DNA of 64,000 nucleotides from Eledone cirrhosa (Eukaryota), in contig OZ024743.1 of NCBI GenBank assembly GCA_964016885.1, forward strand, positions 295,368,001 to 295,432,000, in the 5' to 3' direction. The position numbers and the translations under genes were made by a program. This document shows, one piece after another, positions 37,098 to 54,846 of the stretch (its first letter is position 1; each line of letters starts with the position of its first letter). The notes under the pieces are model-generated. The model ran no database searches. It worked only from the letters and a program-made list of their open reading frames with translations, and had not been told where the DNA came from.

Positions 37098-40000
37098 ATA
37101 TGTATATATGATGGATCCGCCATCAGTTTCAATCATATGAATTCAGTCGTTCGGTTATTCATTTCAGATGTAAATGGTTATGACTCCTGTATCCACATTT
37201 GATTGTCAGCCACATTCAGCGGGATACAGTATATGACAAGGCTGATCCTTTAGATTACAGGTACAATCCATATGACGGGCTTCAATATAATTTCACTCTC
37301 AGATCGGCAGTTAAACCGAGATAGTAAAGATATATCCATGAAGACAAATCTGACCCGAATCCTCTTATCTGCGAAACGAACTTTGTAACCACTCCACCAC
37401 TCCACCATGCCTGTGCATACTGGTTTTTAATGAACACAGATTGCTGTATTTTTTTTCTCAGAACTTACGAATTATATATGAATAGGTTTCTAACATTTAT
37501 TGGATGCTGTATGAAAGCCATTCTTATCTAATCAACATTTTGCGATAGAATTGATATACAAATGCTTTAACAAATTGAGGTTGTGGGACATATCATCGGG
37601 CACTTAAATGGTCTTCGTTACTAGATGATCGTGTTTGAACATCACAAAAGTAATAAGGGTTAATTGAATATCTATATAACAAATATGTAGGGAAGTTCAA
37701 ATTACTGTAGCTCAGTTCCCTCAAGCTTCCATTTTTGAGATTTTTATTCCTCCCTCTCAAATCTTGTTTACAGTGAGATGATTTCAGTTGCATCAGTGAT
37801 AATTAAGAATCATTTCGAAGAGCAGTATATAATATGGATAACAAAATTATATCCACACACCTATTGATTAATAAATTCACTTTTCAATGACTAAACATAT
37901 TTCTTGAGAAAAGTTTCCGTATTTAAATCATATCGTTTTGTTAAAAAACATTCTATTCAAATATTCCAAAGTAAAGCATTCAATGCGTCATCTTGAAGCC
38001 ATTTCAGTTTACATCATTAATATAAAGATTTTTATCATGATGAAACATTAAATGCATATGATCTGTTATATACAACATTGGCAAAAAGATTGAATTTATT
38101 CACTAAAGTTACTTATAAGCCATCTTGAATCACTTTATGTCTTCATTCGGTTATATTGAATGTATATTTATTGAAGACGTGGTCCAACTAATCTCGTGGA
38201 GTTAAGTTTCTTCAATATTGAGGAAGAAAATTAATTCATTTATGATGTGGGAATAATGTCGGAAAACGTCTCCATCTGTGTATGGAGGGGAAGGTTTGTG
38301 TGAACTTGTGTGTATAAATTGTTTTTCACGAATTACATGAATGAGAAACTTCAGTATATCAACAAACCTGTCTCTAGTATCCAATATTAGATGACGAATT
38401 GGCAGAGCCATTTGTTTCAGCACTTTGCGCTCTTTTCGAGTTCAATCTTAGTTTCAGCCTTTCGGAGTCGATAAATAAATAGTTATCTAGTGGCTGAGGA
38501 TATCGGAATTGTTAAAAACTTTACACAGAATAATTTGTCCTTATTCTATGCGTTTTGAATAGTATTGCAGCCTTTATGTGTTGAATGCAACTGGTAGGAT
38601 TTGCTAGCAGCATATTATCACCAATGAAAAGACCAATGAAACATAGTTTCCTTTGTCCGAACTGATGATAGGCTTCTTTAGTGTCTTTTCTCACATTTAT
38701 ACAGCCAATTCCAGTATCATATATCTCATTCCCATTATACCCACATCAGAATGCAAGAAAAGGAGGAGGAACGGCATAAAAACAAAAATTTCATTTTCAC
38801 ATTTTCTTCCCAACGTACCACCAATATGTGACAATTACGTACAATTGGACTTAAACTATGAGATATTTCCTGCGGCGATACCTAGTCATTGTTTAACAAA
38901 ACCAAAACATTAACAGATTAGTAACAATTAAACAGCATATAACTTAATTATATCTTTGCTTCTGTTGTGGCTGTAGTTGCTGTGGGTGTTGTTTTTGATG
39001 TAGCTGTTGTTATTACTGATTATATAAAGTTTGGTGTTGAAAAGTACAATACAATGGAATCTGTATAAAATGTGTCACAAAACATGAATATGTAATTGTT
39101 GATGTTTATTAACCAAGCTACATGAATGAAACCCAACAAATGTTCAGGTACATATATAATATAGCAGGCCCTCACGTCTCTTCGTTGCAGAACGTCAGAT
39201 AGATGATGACCCCAGAGGAAAAAATGGGGAACAATTTACCACACAAAATAGTGAGGTAAAAGCACTGTAAAAACCATTTCAAATCATGGGACTCGTCCTT
39301 GTGTTTGTTCATCAGAATCCCGATGGCAATGAGTAAGAACGTGGTTCGAGAGTCCAGGAAAACCTGTGTTTCCGCAATGCTTAGTTCACTCTTCAAAACG
39401 TAGTGAAAGGCTTGGCGGAATGCGACATTGAAAACTATAATATTAATTTTAGAACACTGTTTTTCAAATTCACTGTATTCTGTATACTGCATCTATTGAT
39501 CAGACCCTGTACATATAAAACCGGTTTAATCCTAATTGATTACTGAGATCAATTAGGTACCTATATTAAAGTTGGCAACACTTTGTCGAATTTCCAATAA
39601 TAACAACATGAATATGTCGCTTTACATAAGCTGGAGTGAAATGCAATTAATAAGTCACGAAATGAATTATGCATTTGAAGTTAATTACAAATATATTAAT
39701 AACAAAAACACCCCGCAACACGAATACCAGTGAATAAATATGCTGATGTTCATGAGGATAATGAAGATATTTCTAATAATAATAACAAGGGATTATGCGT
39801 ACAGTACAATGCAAATTATATACAATATGTCAGAAACATGGCCGCGTACATACACGAACAAATATACACATACTTTCTTACATGCACATACATACACAAG
39901 GAAATATAATCAGTAACTTCTAAATTTCACCAGTTGTCGGCTTTGTCGAACGAAGTTCCAAGTCATTGTTAATTTTTACCTTTTTATAATTAAGTTCTAT

Positions 40001-41319
40001 ATTCTACTATTATATATTGAGATTTAAACGAATGGCTGTTAACAGAACGGAGTTGTCACACTAGAACATAAAGGGTGTTCAGTAAATTGACTCTGGTTTT
40101 CGCTTTGTATGTCCTCTGGACTAGGCTATTCAGATGATCATCGTCGACGGCCACAGTTCCATCGCAAACGTTACCCTTTTTTATTACCATTAAATAATAA
40201 TAAAGTGCTGAGACTGTATTAAATAAGTGAGTCGATTTATTCGTACACCAACCTGGCCTCATCATTCATTGATGTATATCTTTCGGTTCATTGTTTGAAG
40301 GAAAATGATAACTCTACTCGTAAACTTGTCTCATATCCTATACACTCGGATGTATTACTTGAATCATGACGCAGGGGTGTTAACTGGATCGTTGATTCAG
40401 CTGCTCACAATAGCGACCAACCTGTACTTGACTATTCCTATGCCAAATTTCAAGCTTCTGTTACTGCCTTATTCATTACCATTATTTAGGAAGCAAATAA
40501 TTCAATAGCTTATTTTTCACAAGGATGATGGATTAAACAGTATAACAAATGCATATTACAAAAATGGATGAGGTATTCAGAGATACGAGTATGACAAAAC
40601 AATCATAATATAGTGACAGTAGATATAAAAAGGAAATTACGTCCCAGTATGGCTATGGCCAAACTGGGTTAATCAGTAAAACCCACATAACTCAAATTAG
40701 CATTACTGCCTCGGTCGTTCCGTCTACAAACGTCTGTCTAGAATAGAGGCATTTAATTGGCATGATGCGCTACGTAATCCTATATTTGGCATATTTACAG
40801 GAAAGCCGACGCTTCTTCTTCCCTCTCTCATTTATCTCTAAGTGGAGTCTGAAAACGACACTAAGGATTCGGCAACGAGGAAACTATTGTTCAATATACC
40901 TTCGACCCTGCCCACCAAACACTGTATAAAAATAGCCAACAGACAGTACAATTCCTTGCGTTTCGTGAGCAAAAGAAGGTGTAGGTGTGAACTCACGATA
41001 GATTCACAATAAATACGAGTGACCCGAGCTGTTTAACTTTACTACACATGTCAGCAATATGAAGGCACAGACCATGTGTGTCTTGAAGAGTTTGGTCTTT
41101 CTACGCGCATCTCTGTCTGATATATTAAAATGACACTTTTCTCAGAAAAATCATCTCCTAAATTCAGTATATTTGATGTTCTTGGTTGAGACTATGAGTG
41201 AAATCCACTACAGATATGTAAATGACAAAGGGGTGCTTGTCGTTTCACCTTCACAAGAAAAAGAAAGTGTGAAATGTGTGAAAATATGTAATGCTAAGGA
41301 AATACGACACAGCCAAAAT

Positions 41320-41505
41320 AATTGTTTCTACTTTTGGTACAAGGCCAGCAATTATCCCAGTGCATTACTGGTGCTTTATTTTATCGACACCGGGTGGATG
41401 AAAGGCAAAGTTAACCTCGGCGGGATTTGAATTCATACTGTAAAGGGCTGTAACTCTATATTGCAAGGCATGGCATCCGACCCTCTACCGATATTGCCGA
41501 TCCAC
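41320..41505 (-). mobile_element. tRNA-derived SINE
   Basis: Family match. Confidence 0.85.
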
Positions 41506-42179
41506 AGTCGAAATATTGTTCTTTAATTGTGAACTGGCAAAAATGTACACTACTGGTTTGATATTTGATTATCGGATTTTTATGGCACTGCTAGAGGAAC
41601 ACATAGACGGACTTCTTTATTGATTTGTATTTCGTTTGAAATACCTGGGAATTTGACTGGAGACTCAGATGCTAATCAGACATGGAAATCAAATAAAATT
41701 CCTGCCCCAATATCAGATCGAAGGGCCAGAAGTTATAATATTAGTGAAGTCCTGAAAACCGAATTGTTTTAATTGCGGTGTAACTACTCAAATTGAAACA
41801 TTCAATCATCACATAAAACAATTACATAACCGAAGTCTACTACGATTAATACAATAACACAAAAACTGCAACAAACGCCATAACATAAAATACATTAATA
41901 AATATTACAATTATATCAACAATAATAAAACAACAACAAATAACTGCGCATAAAAAGAAACATAATAAAAAATAATAAAAAGAAAAGAGAAAACATTATC
42001 TCATTCTGTTATCTTCATCTTCGTAACACCACCAGGGGCATCGTTACAATCATCATCGTCGTTGTCATTAGGATCATCACAATCACCTTAATTATCTAAA
42101 CAATCATCTTAATTAACATTCTTTATATTTATGGACGTGCAAAATTGAAATGCATTAAATTCTTCACAAAGGTCTCACT

Positions 42180-42352
42180 AGTATCGGTAGAGGGTTGTAC
42201 GCCATGCTTTGCAGCACAGTTACTTCCCTTTACGGACTGAGTTCAAATCCCGCCGAGGTTAACTTTGCATTCATCCTTACGGGGTTGATAAAATAAAGTA
42301 CCAGTAATGTACTCCGTAAATGCTGCCCTTGGGCAAACAGTAGAAACAATTA
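42180..42352 (+). mobile_element. tRNA-derived SINE
   Basis: gagttcaaatcccgccgaggttaactttgc. Confidence 0.85.
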
Positions 42353-42379
42353 TTATTTCAATAGTATTACAACAGCAAC

Positions 42380-42821
42380 ATCAACTACTACTACTACTAC
42401 TACTACTGCTGCTACTAATTCTACAGCTACAACCCCAACTACTTAATTTTACTACAATTACTAACGCTGCTACTTCTACTAACACCTTCACCACCACTAC
42501 TACCACTACTACCAAAACTACTACAACTAACTGAAACCAAGACCACAATGACTGTTTCAACTATTACAACCATAACCACCACTACTAATAAAACTAACAT
42601 GAAACCAACACCACAATTACTCCTCCCCTCCTCCTCCTTCTTCTTCTTCTTCTTCTTCTTGTTCCCCTCCTCTTTCTTCTCCTCCTCCTCCTCCTCTTCT
42701 TATTTTTATTTTTCTTCTTCTTCTTCTTCTTCTTCTTCTTCTTCTTCTTCTTCTTCTTCTTCTTCTTCTTCTTCTCATTCTTCTTCTTCTTCTTCTTCCA
42801 CTTCTTCTATTACTATAAGTT

Positions 42822-42853
<32 letters not shown>

Positions 42854-42900
42854 GTGATGACGACCACGTTTATGATGACGATGACAGCGACAATGACAAC
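42380..42900. repeat. (ACT)n/(TCT)n low-complexity block
   Basis: Direct reading. Confidence 0.95.
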
Positions 42901-43338
42901 AGAGGCGACTACAGCGAAGGCTAAGTCTACAATAACATAAAACCTAAACTAAACAAGAACTAAATATTACTTAAGGTGTATGATATTTGAACTAACTTCC
43001 TCCCCCAAGAGAAGTTAACGTAGTTTGTGTGAATTAATAATTCTGGATAACGTCAAAAATGTTATATATTCCAGGACTTTTCTGGGCCTTAAAGAGATTT
43101 AAGTTTATTTGTCTACGTTTATTTCCTTTCAAAAATAACGTTAGATTTGCCTATTGTGATATAGTAGCTGATAACGTTGAGACAACGAATAGCAAATATT
43201 TTTCTTACTGAAAAGAAAATCAGAATGTTATATTCTTTAAATATTGATGCCATTTCAATATTTGTCTCGAAGCAAATGTATTTTGGTAAGTACCTTAGGA
43301 GTGTTGCGAAAAAATCAAGCATTTGTAAACCCAAACGT

Positions 43339-43375
<37 letters not shown>

Positions 43376-43403
43376 TACACACATATATAGAGATGATTAT
43401 GTG

Positions 43404-43435
<32 letters not shown>

Positions 43436-43450
43436 TGTGTGTGTGTAGGC

Positions 43451-43500
<50 letters not shown>

Positions 43501-43502
<2 letters not shown>

Positions 43503-43729
43503 CGTGATGACGTCCCTCACGCCGGATTTCTGCCGGATGACTTCGCTCCTGATGTGCTCTCTCAACTAGATTACTAGCATTGATCTCTCCATGACTCTTT
43601 GAGCCGTTACCAGCCTCTGCTCTTCTCTCTTCGTTGTAGCCCAAGTTTCACTGCCATATAACATTGTAGGTACAACTGTGCTATTGAAGAGGTTGGCGCG
43701 TGTGGTCTTGTCCAACCTCCCCTTGAGCA

Positions 43730-43731
<2 letters not shown>
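43501..43731 (-). mobile_element. RTE LINE fragment (related + copy at 45687-45878)
   Basis: [44 protein letters not shown]. Confidence 0.85.
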
Positions 43732-43767
<36 letters not shown>

Positions 43768-43772
<5 letters not shown>

Positions 43773-44303
43773 GTAAGTATGCATGTATACGTACATACAT
43801 ATATGTATACAGACGTACAGTAGCATGCACATATATATATATATATACATATACATATGCATACAGGTACACATACATATATGCACGTATCAGTTTAGCG
43901 GCGCTTATTATAACGTCGCTTTGTTCGTTTGTAAACAAACTGAACAGCCTGAATTTATGCCATACGGTGTTAAGGCAACCACGTCACCTTTTTGTTCAAC
44001 ACTGACACAGAATCGATGTACTAGTTTCAAGCTTGTTAGCTATCATAAGCACCGTTTACCCATCTGCCAGATAGTTGAACGTTCGAAAGTATAAACTTTC
44101 CTTATGAAAATTAACGGCTGAGCAGCCTAATTTGCATATTGAGTGAGTTAAATTGGTCAGGCATACCGAAAACCGAAAACGATAAATTGAAACAAAATGA
44201 AAACGAAATTTCATTTCTCACTCTTAGTATGGCACTTACTTAAATGTAAGTATGCATGTATACGTACATACATATATGTATACAGACGTACAGTAGCATG
44301 CAC

Positions 44304-44336
<33 letters not shown>

Positions 44337-44881
44337 CATATGCATACAGGTACACATACATATATGCACGTATCAGTTTAGAGGCGCTTATTATAACGTC
44401 GCTTTGTTCGTTTGTAAACAAACTGAACAGCCTGAATTTATGCCATACGGTGTTAAGGCAACCACGTCACCTTTTTGTTCAACACTGACACAGGAACGAT
44501 GTACTAGTTTCAAGCTTGTTAGCTATCATCAGCACCGTTTACCCATCTGCCAGATAGTTGAACGTTCGAAAGTATATACTTTCCTGTGTCAGTGTTGAAC
44601 AAAAAGGTGACGTGGTTGCCTTAACACCGTATGGCATAAATTTAGGCTGTTCAGTTTGTTTACAAACGAACAAAGCGACGTTATAATAAGCGCCGCTAAA
44701 CTGATACGTGCATATATGTATGTGTACCTGTATGCATATGTATATGTATATATATATATATATATGTGCATGCTACTGTACGTCTGTATACATATATGTA
44801 TGTACGTATACATGCATACTTACATTTAAGTAAGTGCCATACTAAGAGTGAGAAATGAAATTTCGTTTTCATTTTGTTTCA
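43768..44881 (-). mobile_element. ORF-less partial tandem (~475-bp monomer) with fold-back arm, family X; HHRs at 44014-44054 (decayed) and 44497-44537
   Basis: 43768-44100 repeated at 44241-44584; 44585-44881 inverted; cggtg-CTGATGA-tagct..agctt-GAAAC-ta-GTA-catcg. Confidence 0.85.
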
Positions 44882-44968
44882 ATATATATATATACATATG
44901 TATATATATATATGTGTGTGCGTGTATTATGTATATAAGTATGTATTTACGCATATTTATGCACAATC

Positions 44969-45028
<60 letters not shown>

Positions 45029-45275
45029 TATGTACATATATATATCTTTAATTTAATTCTATGTATATGATAACCTCTATATTTAATAATCTCCCAATTG
45101 GTTGAGATTAAATTTGGTGATACATGGCTGCGCTTTCTAGCAGTAAGCCTACCCGCCGTAAGCAACCAATCACACGCTTTCTCTCTGGCTGCTACACAGC
45201 TACATAGTGATCTTAGCCATTTTTTAATCTAAATTTGGCGCGGTCGGTTTGAAAAATTAAATGTCTGATTTTGAG

Positions 45276-45358
45276 TTTATCTCCTGATGAAACCTAACTC
45301 TGGACAATTCACATTATTTGGATGTCCTAAATAAGGAAGAAACCATGGTAGAGATAAA
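45276..45358 (+). ncRNA. Minimal HHR in TA-flanked insert (~45045-45640)
   Basis: tttatctc-CTGATGA...GAAAC-CATG-GTA-gagataaa; perfect 8-bp stem I. Confidence 0.85.
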
Positions 45359-45639
45359 ATTACAGTATGTGCGCATTTCTTCTAAGGTTAATTTTACTAC
45401 TAATTGTGTGTGATTGATAGTATATTTGATCGGATTCTGCATGCTGCCGAAATGTTTGATGAATAATGGAACGGGGCTGCCGCGAAGAGGCTGCGATCAA
45501 TTGTTTGTCAGAGATTTCCCCGTAAGAAAATGTATTCTTAAAGCTTGCTAGATTTGATTTTGTATATGGTTAATTATGCTAATTGGAAGAAGAAATAGTA
45601 TATATTTTAATATCTGATTGATTCTATAGACATGATTTA

Positions 45640-45689
<50 letters not shown>

Positions 45690-46527
45690 TGAAGGAGAGG
45701 TTGGACAAGACAACCCGCGCCAACCTCTTCAAGAGCACATTTTTACCTACAATGTTATATGGAAGTGAAACTTGGGCTACAACGAAGAGAGAAGAGCAGA
45801 GGCTGGTAACGGCTCGACGAGCCATGGAGAGATCAATGCTAGGAATCTAGTTGAAAGAGCACATCAGGAGCGAAGTCATCATAGCTCAACACCGCTACAA
45901 TCCACCGTGATCCACTTCTTGACTTTCATTGAAAAATCTTTTTCTCTTTCTGATTTTTTTTGGTTTCCGATTGTTTTAGACGGTTTTTTTTTGTGACAGC
46001 TTTTTTTTTAACAATTATCTTACCTTATATGTATATACAACGACAGTTTAGAGAAAGATTATCATTGAAGCATCTAATAGATTCCGCAATGTTTCGTTAG
46101 AAACATATCTTACAGTCTTAGTTTAGGAAAAGGAAACCAAGACGTAAATTATAACGTTTCAATGCTGTAGGGCAAACGTTACAATTATGGAAACCTAAAA
46201 CTGTAATTAAAGTGTATAAATGATAATATATTTATGTACAGTAACTATAGATATTTTACTATGTATAATATGTCGTTTAAAAAGTGTTAGATTTATACAA
46301 ATGGGAATTATAATGTCAATTATCACTTAGTAAGCGAATTTTTATAACTAATATTAGAATATACTAAATGAACGTTAACATTTATGGAAGCATTAAACTG
46401 TAATAAATATATCTATGATTAAAATAAAGTTACTAAGAAATTCAATAACCAAAATCTGTCTCTACGGAGGAAAGAAACTACTAAGATTAAGGCATTTAAC
46501 GTAACATAAATGGTGTGAAAATTGTAG

Positions 46528-46606
<79 letters not shown>

Positions 46607-46757
46607 TTTATTACGGCTATGTGATGAGTGAGTCTTGATATTCTGAGTTACTCATCTTGTCTGTTGTCATATGAGTTAACAGGTGCAACTCCAGAGAAAC
46701 AAGACTCATCACTTAAAATTTACTTCTGAACTCATTCTGAGTCCCTCAATAGCACAC

Positions 46758-46802
<45 letters not shown>

Positions 46803-46948
46803 TTTTGAGTTTATGTTGGTTGTATACCAACACCTCAGTATGCAGGCTGGAGCACTCGACGAAGTGCGCAGGTTGGTTTGGTTACTCCGGAGTAGTGTAA
46901 AATAAAGTTAAATAAAAGTCAAATGATTAAAATTTAGCTTCGTTTATT

Positions 46949-47003
46949 ACTGCTATATATATTTCAGTGACAGCCATCTTTGGCTGTGACCTCTTCAGGC
47001 AGT
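46949..47003 (-). ncRNA. Minimal HHR
   Basis: actgc-CTGAAGA-..acagcca/tggctgt..-GAAAT-ATAT-ATA-gcagt. Confidence 0.85.
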
Positions 47004-47482
47004 TTGAATTAGTATGGTATAGACAAGTACATATGTTGTTTAGGTGTATGATATTGTCAATACTCTGATATGCCCAGTTCCTTGTTGGGTTGTTAATTCA
47101 CTGGGGAACTGGAGTCCTATGAATTCAAACAAACGAATTTTAGTGTCACAGGTCCCCTTCTCCTCTCATTGGTCAGTTATTAGTGTTGTCATTGTTGGAG
47201 TTAGCTTAAAAATTGATAAAATGGTAGAAGGGACAAGGTGTTGAAGGAACAAAATATCAAAAAATGTGTCAAACTTCCCATTGTTCAGTTCTGAGAGCAT
47301 TCCTCAGTCAGAAGTCTATAGAATTCTTTCTGGGGTGAGGCTCCCTGTAGTGTTTATGCCTGCTATTGTTCAGTACATTTGACCTCCACCATTATTTTGG
47401 TACTGTTGTTGTTGTAGTGGTCAGCTTATATCTTGCTGCTGCTAACAATTTAGAAGTATTCAGTTTGTGTTTTATAGAATAG

Positions 47483-47563
47483 ACTCCCTGATGACGTAAG
47501 GATTCTCTATGGTTGCGTTCTGTAACCATATTTATTCCATTACAGAAACTAATTAGTTGGAGT
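47483..47563 (+). ncRNA. HHR
   Basis: actcc-CTGATGA-extended stem II-GAAAC-TAATTA-GTT-ggagt. Confidence 0.82.
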
Positions 47564-47759
47564 GAAATTTTAGTAAGTTGATTTTCATAATTTTCTTATT
47601 TTACGTCTTTCATATAATTATTCTGCATCCCCTTGCATAGAACCACAAAGTTACTAAGACAAAACATATATATTTGCTAGCATAGGTATGCATCTGTATA
47701 CATATGTTGGTAGATATACTAATTCTTTATACTTTATATATATATATAAAAAAAAAAAA

Positions 47760-52064
<4,305 letters not shown>

Positions 52065-52072
52065 TATATATA

Positions 52073-53052
52073 CTAGCAGTAAAGCCCGGCGTTGCTCGGG
52101 GTCGCTCAGTAGCTGTGTTAAAGTTACAATGTTAAGTTTCTTTTTTGGCTTAAAAACTGTAGTGTCTACTGTGCAGACTTGCATGTGGTGTTTTTGATTA
52201 ATATTCCCTCAACCAACAATATGCCTTATGAAGTTAAGAAAACATAACGATAACCCGAATGTTATAACAAAAGAGGATGCTGGGGATAAAAACTGCACTG
52301 GTTATTTATTAACAAAGATCGAAAATGTAAACACTGCAACGCAGAGAAAAACATTAGCGTAACCAAATTATCAGTTATGTCTGTCTGCACGCCTATATCA
52401 CCTCTCTGCACGACTGTCTGTCTGCACGCCTATATCACCTCTCTGCACGACTATCTGTCTGCACGCGTATATCACCTCTCTGCACGACTGTCTGTCTGCA
52501 CGCGTATATCACCTCTCTGCACGACTGTCTGTCTGCACGCCTAACGAAATTTACAGATACATATATTTTAAATAAACTTATATAATTTTTGCTTTTTTTT
52601 ACGAAATATTTGCTTGTTTTACGTAGTCTTTAAATAGACTTGTTTTCAAGTAAAAATATTGTTTTAAAAGGCTTTTAAATGGAAATGAAGCAAAACGGAA
52701 GCTTAGTGTTCGAACTGATGAATTTTGCAGGTCAATATTTTGCTGGCTCGACAACTGTTCGTGTATTGTGTTAATGTCATTTTAAACGCTGAGAAAGCCA
52801 GCGTAAAACGTAAGACGCTCAATGTAAACAGAACAAAGGGAAATAACTCGTCACTTACGCTCAAAAATCGATACATTAGATTCGATTTCGTCACATAGGG
52901 TGGGTCAATTTGAAATATTTTTTTCCGATGTCTTCGCTAGGGCTCAATGTACAAGTATAGCAATTTCGGTGCAATTCCGTCAGAGATTCTAAGAGGAGAT
53001 GTGTGCCAAAAATCGATAGACACACAGACAACCACAGCTTTATATATATAGA
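52073..53052 (-). mobile_element. Non-autonomous Helitron, unit 1
   Basis: 5' TCTATATATATAAA; 3' hairpin ccgagcaacgccggg then CTAG; internal ~36-bp minisatellite. Confidence 0.9.
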
Positions 53053-53942
53053 CTAGCAGTAAAGCCCGGCGTTGCTCGGGGTCGCTCAGTAGCTGTGTTA
53101 AAGTTACAATGTTAAGTTTCTTTTTTGGCTTAAAAACTGTAGTGTCTACTGTGCAGACTTGCATGTGGTGTTTTTGATTAATATTCCCTCAACCAACAAT
53201 ATGCCTTATGAAGTTAAGAAAACATAACGATAACCCGAATGTTATAACAAAAGAGGATGCTGGGGATAGAAACTGCACTGGTTATTTATTAACAAAGATC
53301 GAAAATGTAAACACTGCAACGCAGAGAAAAACATTAGCGTAAGCAAATTATCAGTTATGTCTGTCTGCACAACTGTCTGTCTGCACGCCTATATCACCTC
53401 TCTGCACGACTATCTGTCTGCACGCGTATATCACCTCTCTGCACGACTGTCTGTCTGCACGACTGTCTGTCTGCACGCCTAACGACGAAATATTTGCTTG
53501 TTTTACGTAGTCTTTAAATAGACTTGTTTTCAAGTAAAAATATTGTTTTAAAATGCTTTTAAATGGAAATGAAGCAAAACGGAAGCTTAGTGTTCGAACT
53601 GATGAATTTTGCAGGTCAATATTTTGCTGGCTCGACAACTGTTCGTGTATTGTGTTAATGTCATTTTAAACGCTGAGAAAGCCAGCGTAATTTTTTACGT
53701 AAGACGCTCAATGTAAACAGAACAAAGGGAAATAACTGATAACTTACGCTCAAAAATCGATACATTATATTCGATTTCGTCACATAGGGTGGGTCAATTT
53801 GAAATATTTTTTTTCCGATGTCTTCGCTAGGGCTCAATGTACAAGTATAGCAATTTCGGTGCAATTCCGTCAGAGATTCTAAGAGGAGATGTGTGCCAAA
53901 AATCGATAGACAGACAGACAACCACAGTTTTATATATATAGA
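53053..53942 (-). mobile_element. Non-autonomous Helitron, unit 2
   Basis: Near-identical to unit 1 with fewer minisatellite units. Confidence 0.9.
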
Positions 53943-53955
53943 TATATATATATAG

Positions 53956-54126
<171 letters not shown>

Positions 54127-54406
54127 TTGGTTAAGAGAGTGGGACTGGCTTTGTGCAGTGCCTTTGCTCACTATAAAAGCTTCATGGCACAGGCATTGCT
54201 TTATATCTGGAGATTTCTCTGCATTTGTCGTCACATGGTACCATGGGCCCAACACTATGTGTCAATAATTGTCACAAGTGTAGTGTTTGTACCAGAGTTT
54301 TCAAGTCGCTAGCTGGACTAAAAAGTCACACTCGTTCAGCGCATCGGTAGGGGTTCTCCCACATGGATAAAAGTAGTGGCTGTACTCGAAAACCAGTTGG
54401 CAGCCA

Positions 54407-54455
<49 letters not shown>

Positions 54456-54705
54456 CAAGTAAGACCCCGACGGCTGAGCTCAAGCCGTTTCGACGGCTTA
54501 TTCTGGACTAATATGAGTCCAGAATTAGCCGTCGAAACGGCTTGAGCTCAGCCGTCGGGGTCTTACTTGTTCCTATTACCCACTCTACCACCCTAAGTAT
54601 TGAGTACTTTGGTGCATTATGGTCCACCTGGTTCCTTACCACATTTCCTTCGTTATATATGTAAATATATATATATATATATATATGTGTATGTCTGTGT
54701 GTCTG

Positions 54706-54767
<62 letters not shown>

Positions 54768-54809
54768 CATACATATATATATGTGTAGGTATGTGTGTCT
54801 GTGTGTGCA

Positions 54810-54840
<31 letters not shown>

Positions 54841-54846
<6 letters not shown>

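Noticed and set aside
42307-42940. Poly-S/T/L ORFs resembling a mucin
   Set aside because: Trinucleotide repeats following a SINE tail.
43501-45878. Two inverted RTE fragments as TIRs of one composite element
   Set aside because: The copies are diverged and have different ends; independent or fragmented insertions are simpler.
46605-46760. TA-flanked hairpin (gagtcttg/caagactc) as an HHR
   Set aside because: Core reads GTGATGA and there is no properly placed GAAA/NUH; probably a fold-back stub.
52375-52545. ~36-bp repeats resembling a CRISPR array (also the 110-bp units at 29093-29660)
   Set aside because: No unique spacers, no cas genes, eukaryotic context; these are Helitron-internal minisatellites.
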